A stretch of DNA of 64,000 nt. Origin: Candidatus Eremiobacteraceae bacterium. Its GTDB lineage: Bacteria > Vulcanimicrobiota > Vulcanimicrobiia > Eremiobacterales > Eremiobacteraceae. The stretch's first letter is position 1. Each line of letters begins with the position of its first letter. Position numbers and translations under genes: made by a program. The notes beneath the pieces were generated by a model. The model had not been told where the DNA came from. It ran no database searches and saw only the letters and a list, made by a program, of their open reading frames with translations. The stretch is taken from assembly GCA_035295225.1 (NCBI GenBank), contig DATGJI010000016.1, positions 1,243 through 65,242 of the forward strand. The letters are read 5' to 3'. Positions 1 through 9,523 of the stretch are shown piece by piece.

Positions 1-30
1 GCGGCCGAGGCGGACACGCGAGATGAAAAC

Positions 31-2364
31 ATGAGCGCCTATGTGGCAAAGACGAAGGCTAACCGCGACGGATTGCCGCCTCCGGCCAACGCGGCTGTAT
101 GGGAGGCAGCACGTTGCATCAAGCGGGCTTGTATATGGATGTTATCGCGGCAGCCCGACTCCGAAATTCGCGACCTTCTCGAAAAACTGAGCGAGCCGGC
201 CGTGTTCAACGATGGGCCTCAGAACTCTGCTGCCCTCTGGGCATTGGCACGATCCGCCGACACAGACGCGGTCGAGCGGCTGCGACGAATGCTGAAGCGG
301 CCGCTGTTCGGCCATCGCCGGAAGCTTTTGCGGGAATATATCTCGTCGATCGAGCTCGCGCTTGGAAATGCAGGGAGCGAGGATCCGCAAGCGATCCCGC
401 GTTTGCGGAAACTGGCCGGGTCCGGATACGTCGTGGCGGAATCAATTGCGAACGCCTTTTCTGGGCTGGCATCACGACCTCAGGACCAGCGCACGCTTTG
501 TGACCTTCTATCGGGCGCCGAAGGTCCTAGACCGTCGAAGCGCTGGGAAGCAAACTGGCGACGGCTTCGCGGTGAAACGCTCGATCCACAGATTCGTCAG
601 ACGCTGCTCGGCGTTGTCCGCGCGTACAACGAAATCACGCTGGTCAAGCCTGTGCTCAGTACGGCGGAGTACGAAGCGCAGGCATATTTCTACAAGACCG
701 GCGCGGAGCAGCCCGGTAACCCCGCCGCGCGCGACATCGCCAAGCGAGAGCGCGAGCGGAAGCGACTGCACGGCATCGGCACCGCGAACGGCAGCGAGAT
801 AAACGACTGTATCGAGAATATGGCTCGGGGTGCTCACTGGGCTCTTGCCGGTTGTGATGACGAAGAGACTTGCGATCTGTGGGGCAACACGGTGATCGCA
901 TGGGCAAAAATGGGGGATCCGAATCCCGCCGCCGCATCAGCAGCGATTCATGCGATGGGTTCGGCCCCGAGCGAGCGTATCCTGATACGCCTGCAAGAAT
1001 TGCGCGCTCGCGTCACGCACAAGAACCTCGCAAAAAGGATTGAATCAGCGTTTGAAGCGGTCGCGCGCAATCAAGGAATAAGCGCGGATGAGCTCGCCGA
1101 CCGTCTGGTTCCCACTCACGGACTGGACGAAGGCGGTCTCAAGATGTGGGCCATCGGCGATTGGTCCATATCGCTTCTCCTCGCCGACGATGGTGGCGTG
1201 CGCACCGTGTTCCGGAACTCGACCGGGAAGGTCGTTCGATCGCTGCCGCGTGCCCTTGCGAGGGCGAATGGGGACGCTGTTTTGGAAGTGCGCACAGAGC
1301 GAAAACGGCTTGCGAGCACCGTTTCGCTTCAACGCGCCCGGTTCGAGCGTGCGATGGTAGATAGGCGTACGTGGTCGGCAGAATCGTGGCGCCGCAACGT
1401 GATGAGGCATCCCGTCCTCGCAAACCTCGCACGACGGCTTGTTTGGAAAATCGATCATGGCGCGACGACGGTAGGGACCGGCCTTCCAGATTCCGAGGAG
1501 ACCGTAGCCGCCGTTGACGGCGTATCACTAAAAGTGGGGGCGGACAACGCGCTTACGTTAGTCCATCCGGTTGAGTTGAGTTACGATGTGCAATCGGATT
1601 GGCAACATCGAATCGTGCATTTGAAAGTCGTGCAGCCTTTCAAACAGATCTTCCGCGAGACGTACTATCCGACTTCCGCCGAGCGCGACGAAAGCTCTCT
1701 TATCCGATATCGAGGACATATCGTGCCGCTACAAGTACTGCGCGCCCTGACTTCTGCGCGCGGTTGGAGCGGCGGTCTCGGGCTTGCAGGATTCGATGGC
1801 TCCGGACTAGGGTCGCGACGATTCGCCGCGTTCGGCGCCGAAGCATCGCTCAGCCATGATGGGCCAACCGATGAAGCGAGCGGGCGACTCGAAATCCTAG
1901 AGTTTCATCGCCTTGTTTCGCATGAAGTAAAGACCGTAACTGGTCGCCTTGGTCCCAAGATGCGGCTCGGCGACGTGCCGCCGGTCGTGTTTTCCGAAGC
2001 TGTTCGCGATATCGATCTCGTGGCCAGCGTAGGAAGCGTCGGCGTCGGAGAGCTTGGCATCACTTCGCTAACCGAGCCGCTGGCGACGGCGTTCGGCATC
2101 ACACGAGCGCCTGCGATTGCCGCGCTGATGCCGTCGCTTGGATTGAAAGACCGCGTCGACATCGCCGGGTGCTACGCGATCGTCGACGGCCGCTTCAGGA
2201 TACATTTGGGAACCGGCGTCATCGCTCACGGCCCATCCGGCCAAGCGGTCAAGATCAAGCTCGGCAATCGAATCGCCCGCGACATTCGATTGCCTTTCGA
2301 AGATCGCGATGACGCCATCACGATATTGCTAAATCTGATCATAGAACTATCGCACCATGGCTGA
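31..2364 (+). CDS. DUF4132-type (MolR/YehI-like) large protein with HEAT-like N-terminal repeats; possibly 5-prime truncated by the window edge
   Basis: 777-aa ORF; the frame has no stop between base 1 and ATG 31. Segments RARFERAMVDRRTWSAESWRRNVMRHPVLANLARRLVWKI and VQPFKQIFRETYYPT..IRYRGHIV resemble the DUF4132 core as I remember it (not searched). Confidence 0.6.
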   Translation: MSAYVAKTKANRDGLPPPANAAVWEAARCIKRACIWMLSRQPDSEIRDLLEKLSEPAVFNDGPQNSAALWALARSADTDAVERLRRMLKRPLFGHRRKLLREYISSIELALGNAGSEDPQAIPRLRKLAGSGYVVAESIANAFSGLASRPQDQRTLCDLLSGAEGPRPSKRWEANWRRLRGETLDPQIRQTLLGVVRAYNEITLVKPVLSTAEYEAQAYFYKTGAEQPGNPAARDIAKRERERKRLHGIGTANGSEINDCIENMARGAHWALAGCDDEETCDLWGNTVIAWAKMGDPNPAAASAAIHAMGSAPSERILIRLQELRARVTHKNLAKRIESAFEAVARNQGISADELADRLVPTHGLDEGGLKMWAIGDWSISLLLADDGGVRTVFRNSTGKVVRSLPRALARANGDAVLEVRTERKRLASTVSLQRARFERAMVDRRTWSAESWRRNVMRHPVLANLARRLVWKIDHGATTVGTGLPDSEETVAAVDGVSLKVGADNALTLVHPVELSYDVQSDWQHRIVHLKVVQPFKQIFRETYYPTSAERDESSLIRYRGHIVPLQVLRALTSARGWSGGLGLAGFDGSGLGSRRFAAFGAEASLSHDGPTDEASGRLEILEFHRLVSHEVKTVTGRLGPKMRLGDVPPVVFSEAVRDIDLVASVGSVGVGELGITSLTEPLATAFGITRAPAIAALMPSLGLKDRVDIAGCYAIVDGRFRIHLGTGVIAHGPSGQAVKIKLGNRIARDIRLPFEDRDDAITILLNLIIELSHHG

Positions 2365-2785
2365 CCGAAGGGATGAAGGCGCGAGCGACGTCGAATTCTC
2401 GGGCGACGAGTTTGGCGATGATACGTTCGTTCTTCGCTTCTCGAAGTCTACGACAACGGTACGTGACCTCGTCGTGCGATCCGTGGAATCGTTCGTGCGC
2501 CGACAAATAGAGACCGGGGCCGCCGTGGCGTCAACATCAACGCGGACAAATTCGCCGATCACGGCAAGTCAGATCGCCGCGCAAGCCGCCCAGGGTGCTG
2601 TGGCTGCCCGCGGCGGACCGAGAAGGATCGACAAGGCTAAAGAAGTCGCAAAAGCCCTGAGGGCGTTGCGCGAGAGGCGCATTCGTGTGTTCGTCGACAG
2701 TCGAGAACAGCTAGCGCTCGATAGCGAGGTTAGCTTGCTGCCTTGGACCAAAGTCGTTTTTGTGCGCGCCCTTCGCAGCGAATAA
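2357..2785 (+). CDS. hypothetical protein, translationally coupled to the DUF4132 gene
   Basis: 142-aa ORF. ATG 2357 overlaps the upstream stop by 8 nt (ATGGCTGA). Acidic N-terminus; no recognisable domain. Confidence 0.5.
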   Translation: MADRRDEGASDVEFSGDEFGDDTFVLRFSKSTTTVRDLVVRSVESFVRRQIETGAAVASTSTRTNSPITASQIAAQAAQGAVAARGGPRRIDKAKEVAKALRALRERRIRVFVDSREQLALDSEVSLLPWTKVVFVRALRSE

Positions 2786-2789
2786 AGAG

Positions 2790-3050
2790 CTACCGTTTGG
2801 CGCCGTATCGCGCCTCGAGGTACGGGATGATCCGGTCATCGTCGTCGATGACCACGTCGCCGTCTACCAGCACGGGCACCTCGGGCTGACCTGAGACGGC
2901 GATCACTTCGCGCCGATCTCTGTGAGGAATCGGCACCTCGACCCCTTCATATGCGAGCCCGAGCTCGTCGAGTTTGCGCATCACCCGGATGCAGTATCCG
3001 CACCAGTCCGCCTTGTACAATTTCAGTTTGGGGCGCGAAGCGTCGATCAC
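2790..3050 (-). CDS. glutaredoxin/NrdH-like thioredoxin-fold protein
   Basis: Only the last 86 codons of the 240-aa track ORF look genuine. GTG at 3050; KLKLYKADWCGYCIRV (CxxC) ... GQPEVPVLVDGD. The upstream part is antisense to the TonB-like gene. Confidence 0.75.
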   Translation of the reverse strand: MIDASRPKLKLYKADWCGYCIRVMRKLDELGLAYEGVEVPIPHRDRREVIAVSGQPEVPVLVDGDVVIDDDDRIIPYLEARYGAKR

Positions 3051-3170
3051 CCTACAGGTGTTCTTCCTGGCGGCACAAGCCCATGCTTCCCGCCAAAGGC
3101 GCGGGTGCCTTATGAGTGGAAGAAAAGGCGGGCAGCCAGATTTGGCCGGCCCAGTCTCCGGGGCAGTCGC

Positions 3171-3965
3171 ATGTTCGAACAGATTCCGGCATCCAGCGAA
3201 TCCCTGATTGAGAAACCTCGCATACGGAAACGTGTGCTTTTTGGACTCGCGGTCTTCATCATCGGGTCGAGCCTCCTCCACATCTCCTTTGGAACGTCCG
3301 TCGCGGCGATGTCGTCCTACTGGCGAAATGTCGGTCCTTCGGACAAAGACGGAGTATCGGTCATCACGCTCTCGCGCTCGGCACACGATCCGTTCGAAAA
3401 GCCGACGCCGACGCCGACCCCGACGCCCATCATCGTCAAGCGGACCGCGTTGAATGTAGCGATGCTGAAGTATCTCGAGCTCGGCGCGGAACAGCGGGTC
3501 GCTCGGCTCCACAGATTAGCGCACAAAGTGGCGCAGATCTCGCTCGATAAGCCGGCGAAGTTCAGACCGGCCGCCGAGACCGCACCGCGAGTCGCCGCGA
3601 CTGAGATGCCGAACGGCCAATCGCATTCGGCGACGTCTGCAGCGGCGTACACGGGCGGTACTGGCGATGAACTCGCCAATAACGTGGTCTGGGGCGACGA
3701 CAATCCTGCGCGCGTCGTGCGCGAAGCGCCGCTGCCGGCAGGACTGCCGGAGACGGCCAGGCCGGCGAGGGTGGATGTCGAGATCGGTCCGGATTCGCAG
3801 ATCATCGGCGTGACTCTGGTGCAATCATCGGGCAACCCCGATTTTGATGCAGCAGCTCTGGCGGCGGCGAAGCAGTCTGCGTACACGGCAGCAACACTCA
3901 ACGGTCTGCCGGTCCACGGCGACTGCTTGCTCGAATTCCCGAACAGCACCTCAAGCCCGGCGTAG
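3171..3965 (+). CDS. TonB-family energy transducer (C-terminal TonB domain)
   Basis: ATG 3171; TM helix VLFGLAVFIIGSSLL; PTPTPTPTP linker; C-terminus VDVEIGPDSQIIGVTLVQSSGNPDFDAAALAAAKQSAY..LNGLPV fits TonB_C. Confidence 0.65.
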   Translation: MFEQIPASSESLIEKPRIRKRVLFGLAVFIIGSSLLHISFGTSVAAMSSYWRNVGPSDKDGVSVITLSRSAHDPFEKPTPTPTPTPIIVKRTALNVAMLKYLELGAEQRVARLHRLAHKVAQISLDKPAKFRPAAETAPRVAATEMPNGQSHSATSAAAYTGGTGDELANNVVWGDDNPARVVREAPLPAGLPETARPARVDVEIGPDSQIIGVTLVQSSGNPDFDAAALAAAKQSAYTAATLNGLPVHGDCLLEFPNSTSSPA

Positions 3966-3967
3966 TC

Positions 3968-5161
3968 ATGGACGGTGACGCCGCTCGCCGCGACGCGAAA
4001 TCGCGCGTCGTCGCGCGCGCGCTCGAACTTGGATTCGATCTTATCGGAGTTGCGGCCGCCGAACCGTTTGCGCAGACGCGATCCGTCTTCGAGCGCCGAG
4101 CAGCGGAGGGAATGCTCGGCCAGTGGCGATTCCCGCCGGAAAAGATCGCTCGGCACACGGATCCGTCGCAAGTGCTCGCCGGCGCACGCAGCATCGTCTG
4201 CACCGCGATGGCCTACGCGACGGCCGACGTGCCGCACGATCCATATGCTCCAGGCTTACGCGGTGCGGTGTCGCGCCATTCGTGGGGAGACGATTATCAT
4301 CGCGTCATCGGCGGCAAATTGCGCCAGCTCGCAACGTGGATCCAATCGGAATTCAGCGGTGAAACCGCTCTCGCGTGCGTGGATACCGGACCGCTCGTAG
4401 ACCGCGCCGCCGCGGTGCGCGCCGGGTTGGGCTGGTACGGCAAGAATGCAAATGTCCTCACCCGCGAGCACGGTTCGTGGGTTTTGCTCGGCGAGTTGAT
4501 CACGACGCTCGACCTTCTGCCCGACGAACCGCTTGCGAAGAACTGCGGCGAGTGCCGCGTTTGTATCGATCGCTGCCCGACCGGCGCGATCGGTGCCGAC
4601 GGGGCGATCGACGCGCGCCGCTGCATCTCAGATCTAACGCAGCTCAAGACGCCGATTCCGATCGAGTTCCGCGCTCAGATCGGCAACCGCATCTGGGGCT
4701 GCGACGATTGTCAGACTTTCTGCCCGGTGAACGAACGCAAAGAGCGCGGCGCCGATTGCATGCGCGGAACGTTCGCGCCGCTGCCCGAGATCGGAACATC
4801 CGTCGATTTGCCGAGCGTCCTTTTGATGACGAAGAGCCGCTATAAGAAATGGTTCAAACCGACGTCGATGGCGTGGCGCGGCAAGGCGGTCCTGCAGCGA
4901 AATGCAGCGGTCGCGCTCGGCAACTCGCGCGACGCGCGTGCCGTCGAGCCGCTGATCCAAGCGCTCTCCGATCGAAAACCGATCGTTCGAGGACACGCTG
5001 CTTGGTCTCTCGGTCAGCTCGGCCCAGGCTTGAACGGCGATGAGACACGCGTTGCGTTACGCGAGCTCTTGGAGCGAGAACACGATGCATGGGTGCGCAG
5101 TGAGGCGGAAGCGGCGCTCGCGCGCCTTGGCGCGCCGGGTGCGGTCGTTACGGAGCGCTAG
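3968..5161 (+). CDS. queG: tRNA epoxyqueuosine(34) reductase
   Basis: GLGWYGKNANVLT..GSWVLLGE; two Fe-S motifs CGECRVCIDRCPTGAI and WGCDDCQTFCPVN; HEAT-like tail PIVRGHAAWSLGQLG. Confidence 0.9.
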   Translation: MDGDAARRDAKSRVVARALELGFDLIGVAAAEPFAQTRSVFERRAAEGMLGQWRFPPEKIARHTDPSQVLAGARSIVCTAMAYATADVPHDPYAPGLRGAVSRHSWGDDYHRVIGGKLRQLATWIQSEFSGETALACVDTGPLVDRAAAVRAGLGWYGKNANVLTREHGSWVLLGELITTLDLLPDEPLAKNCGECRVCIDRCPTGAIGADGAIDARRCISDLTQLKTPIPIEFRAQIGNRIWGCDDCQTFCPVNERKERGADCMRGTFAPLPEIGTSVDLPSVLLMTKSRYKKWFKPTSMAWRGKAVLQRNAAVALGNSRDARAVEPLIQALSDRKPIVRGHAAWSLGQLGPGLNGDETRVALRELLEREHDAWVRSEAEAALARLGAPGAVVTER

Positions 5162-5892
5162 AGCGCAACCGCGACATGTGGGTCGTTCAGAACAGATTTC
5201 AGCACCACGTCGGCGAAACGCAGCGCCGTGTCTCCCGAATTCCCCGCTGCTATCGATCGCGACTCCAGCACGCTGAACTCGTCTGAGCAATACCAAGCCG
5301 GACCGCGTGCTTGCGTCGCGACGGCATGCGGCGAATGCGGTCCAAGTCCGAACGCGCTTCGCGCGAGCAGCCCGATATCCGCGCGCGGGGGCAGGGCAAG
5401 CAACCTGCGCTGCGCGCCAAGCCAAGCGTCATCGCAGCGCGACCACCGGACGCCGGCCTGAGCGCAGACGTTCTCGCACGCCCCGAGAACAGCTCCGCGG
5501 GTCGCGTCGATAAGTCCGCCGAGCCGCGCTTGCTGCCCGACGCCAATCGCGGGGTCCGCTGACAGCTTCGCACAGAAAACGCTCACCGGATCGCCCGCGT
5601 GCAAAAACGAGATGCGCAACGCGCTTGCCCCAGCGCCGATCTGGCCCAATGCGAATCGATCGGTCGAATCGACGGCGATATCCGAGCGCCACAGAACGGC
5701 GACCGTCTCGCCGTCCGCCGCAGCTGTCGTCATCGAAGTTGATCGCATGCCGCGAGCGCCGGCGAAAGCGGCGATAGCGGATGCCGTCGCATCGGTCACG
5801 GCGACGATGTCCGGCGCCAACGCCATCAACGATGCGAGCGATGAATCGTCGAGCGAAACGCCGTTCAGCGTGAGCACCCGCAAGTGGTTCAT
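5158..5892 (-). CDS. hypothetical protein (weak endonuclease/exonuclease/phosphatase-like N-terminus)
   Basis: 244-aa ORF filling the space between queG (convergent) and the MBL gene (divergent). LRVLTLNG..DIVAVTD only loosely recalls the EEP fold. Confidence 0.45.
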   Translation of the reverse strand: MNHLRVLTLNGVSLDDSSLASLMALAPDIVAVTDATASAIAAFAGARGMRSTSMTTAAADGETVAVLWRSDIAVDSTDRFALGQIGAGASALRISFLHAGDPVSVFCAKLSADPAIGVGQQARLGGLIDATRGAVLGACENVCAQAGVRWSRCDDAWLGAQRRLLALPPRADIGLLARSAFGLGPHSPHAVATQARGPAWYCSDEFSVLESRSIAAGNSGDTALRFADVVLKSVLNDPHVAVAL

Positions 5893-5928
5893 TGCGACGG
5901 CGTTTATGAACGGTAGGGAAAGGACCTT

Positions 5929-6678
5929 GTGGATAAAAAGCCTATCGGCATGGATTTAGGCGCGCTCGAAATCACATGGTGCGGACACTCGACGTTCGCC
6001 TTTAAGCTGCCTTCGGGCAAGCGAGCGATCGTGGATCCGTGGCTCGAACAGAATCCGGCATGTCCGCCGCGGCTCAAGCGGCAAGAATCCGTCGACGCCA
6101 TATTCATCACGCACGCGCACTCAGATCATATGGGCGACGTCGTCGCGCTAGCGAAGCGTCACAAGAGCACGTGCGTCGGCATCGTCGAGACCTGTGCGTG
6201 GCTGGGAAAACAGGGCGTCGCCGAGACGATCGGCATGAACAAGGGCGGCACGGTCGAGACGGCCGGCATCAAGGCCACCATGACGCACGCTACGCATAGT
6301 TGCGGCATCGGCGACGGCGATGCCGTGGTATACGGCGGCGAAGCAGCGGGTTACGTGCTGACGTTCGAAAACGGAATTCGGATCTACCACGCCGGGGACA
6401 CCGCCGCGACGATGGACATGAAGATCATCGGTGACATCTACAAACCCGATATCGCCCTGCTGCCGATCGGCGGTCACTACACGATGGATCCGCAGCAGGC
6501 CGCTTACGCCATCCGGTTGATCGGCGTGAAGTTCGTCATCCCGATGCACTTTGGGACTTTTCCGATACTCACCGGCACTCCCGAAGAACTCCGCAGGCAA
6601 ACCTCGGATATCGCGGGTCTGCGCATCATCGAAATGGCGCCGGGCCAGACCCTCACGGGCCAACTGAAAATAGTCTAA
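5929..6678 (+). CDS. UPF0173-type metal-dependent hydrolase (MBL fold)
   Basis: ITWCGHSTF, HAHSDHMGD, YHAGDTA, IPMHFGTFP. Alternative start at ATG 5950. Confidence 0.85.
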   Translation: MDKKPIGMDLGALEITWCGHSTFAFKLPSGKRAIVDPWLEQNPACPPRLKRQESVDAIFITHAHSDHMGDVVALAKRHKSTCVGIVETCAWLGKQGVAETIGMNKGGTVETAGIKATMTHATHSCGIGDGDAVVYGGEAAGYVLTFENGIRIYHAGDTAATMDMKIIGDIYKPDIALLPIGGHYTMDPQQAAYAIRLIGVKFVIPMHFGTFPILTGTPEELRRQTSDIAGLRIIEMAPGQTLTGQLKIV

Positions 6679-6679
6679 T

Positions 6680-6760
6680 GTAGGGCGGATCGTTACGATC
6701 CGCCGGCGGACCATTAAGGTCCGCCCTACAAGGCGCCGGCGGACCATAAAGGTCCGCCCA
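6680..6760. repeat. REP-like palindromic units, family 1 (3 copies)
   Basis: GGCGGATCG-TTA-CGATCCGCC, GGCGGACC-ATTAA-GGTCCGCC-CTACA, GGCGGACC-ATAAA-GGTCCGCC. Same family as 41178-41273 and 59534-59721. Lies between convergent genes. Confidence 0.85.
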
Positions 6761-6779
6761 ACAGATTACGTCGTCGGGG

Positions 6780-7397
6780 TTACGTCGTCTTCACCACGAT
6801 CTTGCCGATCAGCCGACCGGTGGAATCCGCGCGATCCGCGCAGTTGCTCAGATGGCGGTAGATCTCGCGCAGTTTGAGCGCGCGGTGCAAGTCTTCGGCA
6901 TCGAAAAGCGTGCAGATCACATCCCGGTAGATATTCTCCACTAAACTCTCGGCGTGCATCACGGCGCGTCCGGCGTCCGACGCTTGAACCGGATCGTCGG
7001 TGAGGGCATCGATGCCGCGGTCGACGTCGCGCGCCGCCTGAGCGAGGATTTTCGCCATTTCGATCATCTGCGGGGTCGGCGTCACGCGCATCAGCCCGAT
7101 CTCGCGCGATGCGTTGTTCAGATAAACGACCATGTCGTCTATCGCTTCGGTGAGACCGTAGAGATCCTGGCGATCGATCGGCGTGACGAAAGTGTCCTTG
7201 AGCGCCTCGGTCATGCGCATGACGAGTTCGTCGCTGCGATGTTCGAGCATGTCGATCACTTCGGGCAGCGAGGAATCACCGCCCGCGACAAAGCGCACCA
7301 GCAGCTCGGCGACTTCGCACAACACGCGCGTGTGCTCGCGCAATAATCGGAAAAACCTGTCGCCATGCGCCGAGCCGAACAGATTGGTCAACCACAT
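6780..7397 (-). CDS. DUF47 / TIGR00153 PhoU-like phosphate-transport regulator
   Basis: 205-aa helical protein (DRFFRLLREH.., IDRQDLY..) directly adjacent to a PiT gene, the usual pairing. Confidence 0.8.
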   Translation of the reverse strand: MWLTNLFGSAHGDRFFRLLREHTRVLCEVAELLVRFVAGGDSSLPEVIDMLEHRSDELVMRMTEALKDTFVTPIDRQDLYGLTEAIDDMVVYLNNASREIGLMRVTPTPQMIEMAKILAQAARDVDRGIDALTDDPVQASDAGRAVMHAESLVENIYRDVICTLFDAEDLHRALKLREIYRHLSNCADRADSTGRLIGKIVVKTT

Positions 7398-7402
7398 CGC
7401 GT

Positions 7403-8458
7403 CTATCCTCGGAACAGCAAGTTTGCCAGCGCGGTGGCCGCGGCGCCGGCGCCGATGGCGATCGGAGCGGTGAAAAACCAGGAGACCACGATCTTCGCGG
7501 CCGTCCGCACGTGCAGCGCTCGCAGATTCGCGCTCGCGCCGACGCCGACGATGGCGCTCGCCGTCGTCTGCGTCGTGCTGACCGGCCCGCCGACCGCCGC
7601 GGCGCCCAACACGGTCGCGGCAGCAGCGAACTGAAATGCGAGCGCGTGCTGCGGTCGGATAGAGAAAAGACGATTACCCATCGTCTTCGCGATTCGCAAT
7701 CCGCCCAGCGCCATCCCCGCGGCGAACGAAAGCGCGGTGAGCGCGATCACCCAGAACGGAACGACGAATGACGACGCCCCGCCCGCGACGACGGCTGCCG
7801 CGGCAAGAAGTCCGACTGTCTTCTCGGCGTCATTCGCGCCGTAGCCGAGAGCTTGCAACGCGACTCCCGCGTACTGCAGGCGCATCACGCGGTCTCCGGC
7901 TTTGCGTGAAAGCGGCGCGAGGAGCGCGACCAGGAGTGCATAGACGAACGCACCTGCCGCGAATCCGACTACCGGCGATGCGACCAATGCGATCGCGACT
8001 TTCTCGACGCCGCCCCAATGCACGACCTGGAGGCCCGGTCCTGCCCACAGCGAGCCGATCATAGCGCCGACCAAAGCGACCGAGCCGCTCGTCGGTACAC
8101 GCGCGATGTACGCGACGGCTTGCGCACCGATCGCGCCGATCATGCCGGCGCCGAGCAGCACCGGCCCGAGGCGCGAGTAGTCAGCGATGCCCGTACCGAT
8201 CGTCGAAGCGACAGCCGTGCCGAAGAGCAGCGGTCCAGCGAACACTCCGATCGTGATGATCACAATGGCGCGCGTCACCGGAATGGTGCGGCTCGCCGCG
8301 GCCGCGGCGATGAGATTGCCGCCGTCGGTCGCGCCGGTGATCGCGGTGTACGTCACCGCGAGCACGATAAGGAAGACGAGCGCTAGCGGATGCGTGGGGT
8401 GAGTCCGTTCACTAGAGTATGCGTTTGCCCAAGAGGGAGCAGATGAGGCCGGCGGCAA
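7403..8458 (-). CDS. pit: inorganic phosphate transporter, PiT family (start uncertain)
   Basis: Polytopic; AITGATDGGN and GYGANDAEKT paired signatures, GGPVSTTQ. Start is either TTG 8458 (overlaps the arginase 3-prime end by 47 nt) or GTG 8365 (would truncate TM1). The Arg-rich N-terminus of the 416-aa track ORF is read-through. Confidence 0.8.
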   Translation of the reverse strand: MPPASSAPSWANAYSSERTHPTHPLALVFLIVLAVTYTAITGATDGGNLIAAAAASRTIPVTRAIVIITIGVFAGPLLFGTAVASTIGTGIADYSRLGPVLLGAGMIGAIGAQAVAYIARVPTSGSVALVGAMIGSLWAGPGLQVVHWGGVEKVAIALVASPVVGFAAGAFVYALLVALLAPLSRKAGDRVMRLQYAGVALQALGYGANDAEKTVGLLAAAAVVAGGASSFVVPFWVIALTALSFAAGMALGGLRIAKTMGNRLFSIRPQHALAFQFAAAATVLGAAAVGGPVSTTQTTASAIVGVGASANLRALHVRTAAKIVVSWFFTAPIAIGAGAAATALANLLFRG

Positions 8459-9326
8459 GACGGGCTGTCGCGTTGTGGTCGTCGAGGATCGGGTTGACTT
8501 CGGTGAGCTCCATCGAGTGCGCGACGCCGCTCTCTGCGAGCATCTCCATCGCAAGGTGCGCCTCGCGATACGTGAGGCCGCCCGGTACCGGCGTTCCCGT
8601 CCCCGGTGCGAACGACGCATCGACCGCATCGATGTCGAGGCTGATGTGCGCACTTGCCGGACCGCGACCCGCAGTCTGAATAGCGCGGTTGATCAGTTCT
8701 GCCATGCCGTACCGGTCGACATCCGTCATCGTGAACGCGACCATACCGCGTTCGCGGATCACCTGACGCTCGCGTTCGTCCAAATCGCGCAGCCCGATGA
8801 AGACCGTGCGTTTCGGATCGACCGCCGGCGTATGAAACTGAGCCGGCGGGAAGATATCCGGCGCGTCACCCATCGCTGAGGCAAGTGACATGCCGTGCAG
8901 ATTGCCGGTGGGCGTCGACGCGGGCGAATTCAGATCGGCATGCGCGTCGATCCAGATGAGCCCCTGAGCGCCGACAACGCGGGCGGTTCCTGCGAGCGCG
9001 CCCGTCGCCAGTGAGTGGTCGCCGCCCAAGACAATCGGGAATGCTCCGTCTCGCAGCGACGCCTCGACCGCATCGGCGGTATTGGCGCACGCGGTGCGGA
9101 CTACGTCGACGTATCGCGGCATGCCAAGTCCGCCCGGTTCTTCATGGGTGGCGCGCGGAACCCCGACGTCCCCGCGGTCGCGCACCTCGCAGCCGAGCGC
9201 CTCGAGCTGTTCTTTCAGTTTCGCTGCCCGAAGCGCGTCCGGACCGAGACGCACGCCGCGCCGGCCGGCACCGAGGTCGATCGGAACGCCGATAAGATCG
9301 ATGCGTTTAGCGCGCCGCTCAGTCAT
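8412..9326 (-). CDS. rocF: arginase (ureohydrolase family)
   Basis: IDLIGVPIDLGAGRRGVRLGPDALR, GGDHSLA, DAHADLN, SLDIDAVD Mn-ligand motifs. Confidence 0.85.
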   Translation of the reverse strand: MTERRAKRIDLIGVPIDLGAGRRGVRLGPDALRAAKLKEQLEALGCEVRDRGDVGVPRATHEEPGGLGMPRYVDVVRTACANTADAVEASLRDGAFPIVLGGDHSLATGALAGTARVVGAQGLIWIDAHADLNSPASTPTGNLHGMSLASAMGDAPDIFPPAQFHTPAVDPKRTVFIGLRDLDERERQVIRERGMVAFTMTDVDRYGMAELINRAIQTAGRGPASAHISLDIDAVDASFAPGTGTPVPGGLTYREAHLAMEMLAESGVAHSMELTEVNPILDDHNATARLAAGLICSLLGKRIL

Positions 9327-9354
9327 CGCCTACGACTCCTATGCACAGCCTGTG

Positions 9355-9374
9355 GATAATGCGAATGCATTTTC
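9355..9374. promoter_or_regulatory. candidate Fur-like operator upstream of the TonB-dependent receptor
   Basis: GATAATGCGAATGCATTTTC is the most AT-rich part of the divergent spacer. About 12/19 matches to GATAATGATAATCATTATC by eye; about 150 nt upstream of ATG 9524. Confidence 0.25.
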
Positions 9375-9523
9375 GTATTGCGCCGAACGGAAGAATATTC
9401 CGCCTTTTCCCCAGTTTTTCGGCAGGCGAGGAACCGGTCGAAAAGCCAAAAACCCGAGCGTAAGACGGAAGAATCGCGTTCGGAACCCTTTGCAACCGAC
9501 GTCTTCTGATATTGGAGCATTCG

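Noticed and set aside
3401-3430. DNA-level short tandem repeats: GCCGAC/GCCGAC.. here, and GGCGAnGG repeats at about 40850-40900 and 42545-42600.
   Set aside because: They lie inside coding regions and simply encode Pro/Thr or Ser/Pro linkers of the TonB-like protein and the lipoproteins.
3051-3512. The upstream two-thirds of the 240-aa ORF containing the glutaredoxin.
   Set aside because: It is antisense to the TonB-like gene and Arg/Asp-rich. The thioredoxin fold is complete from GTG 3050.
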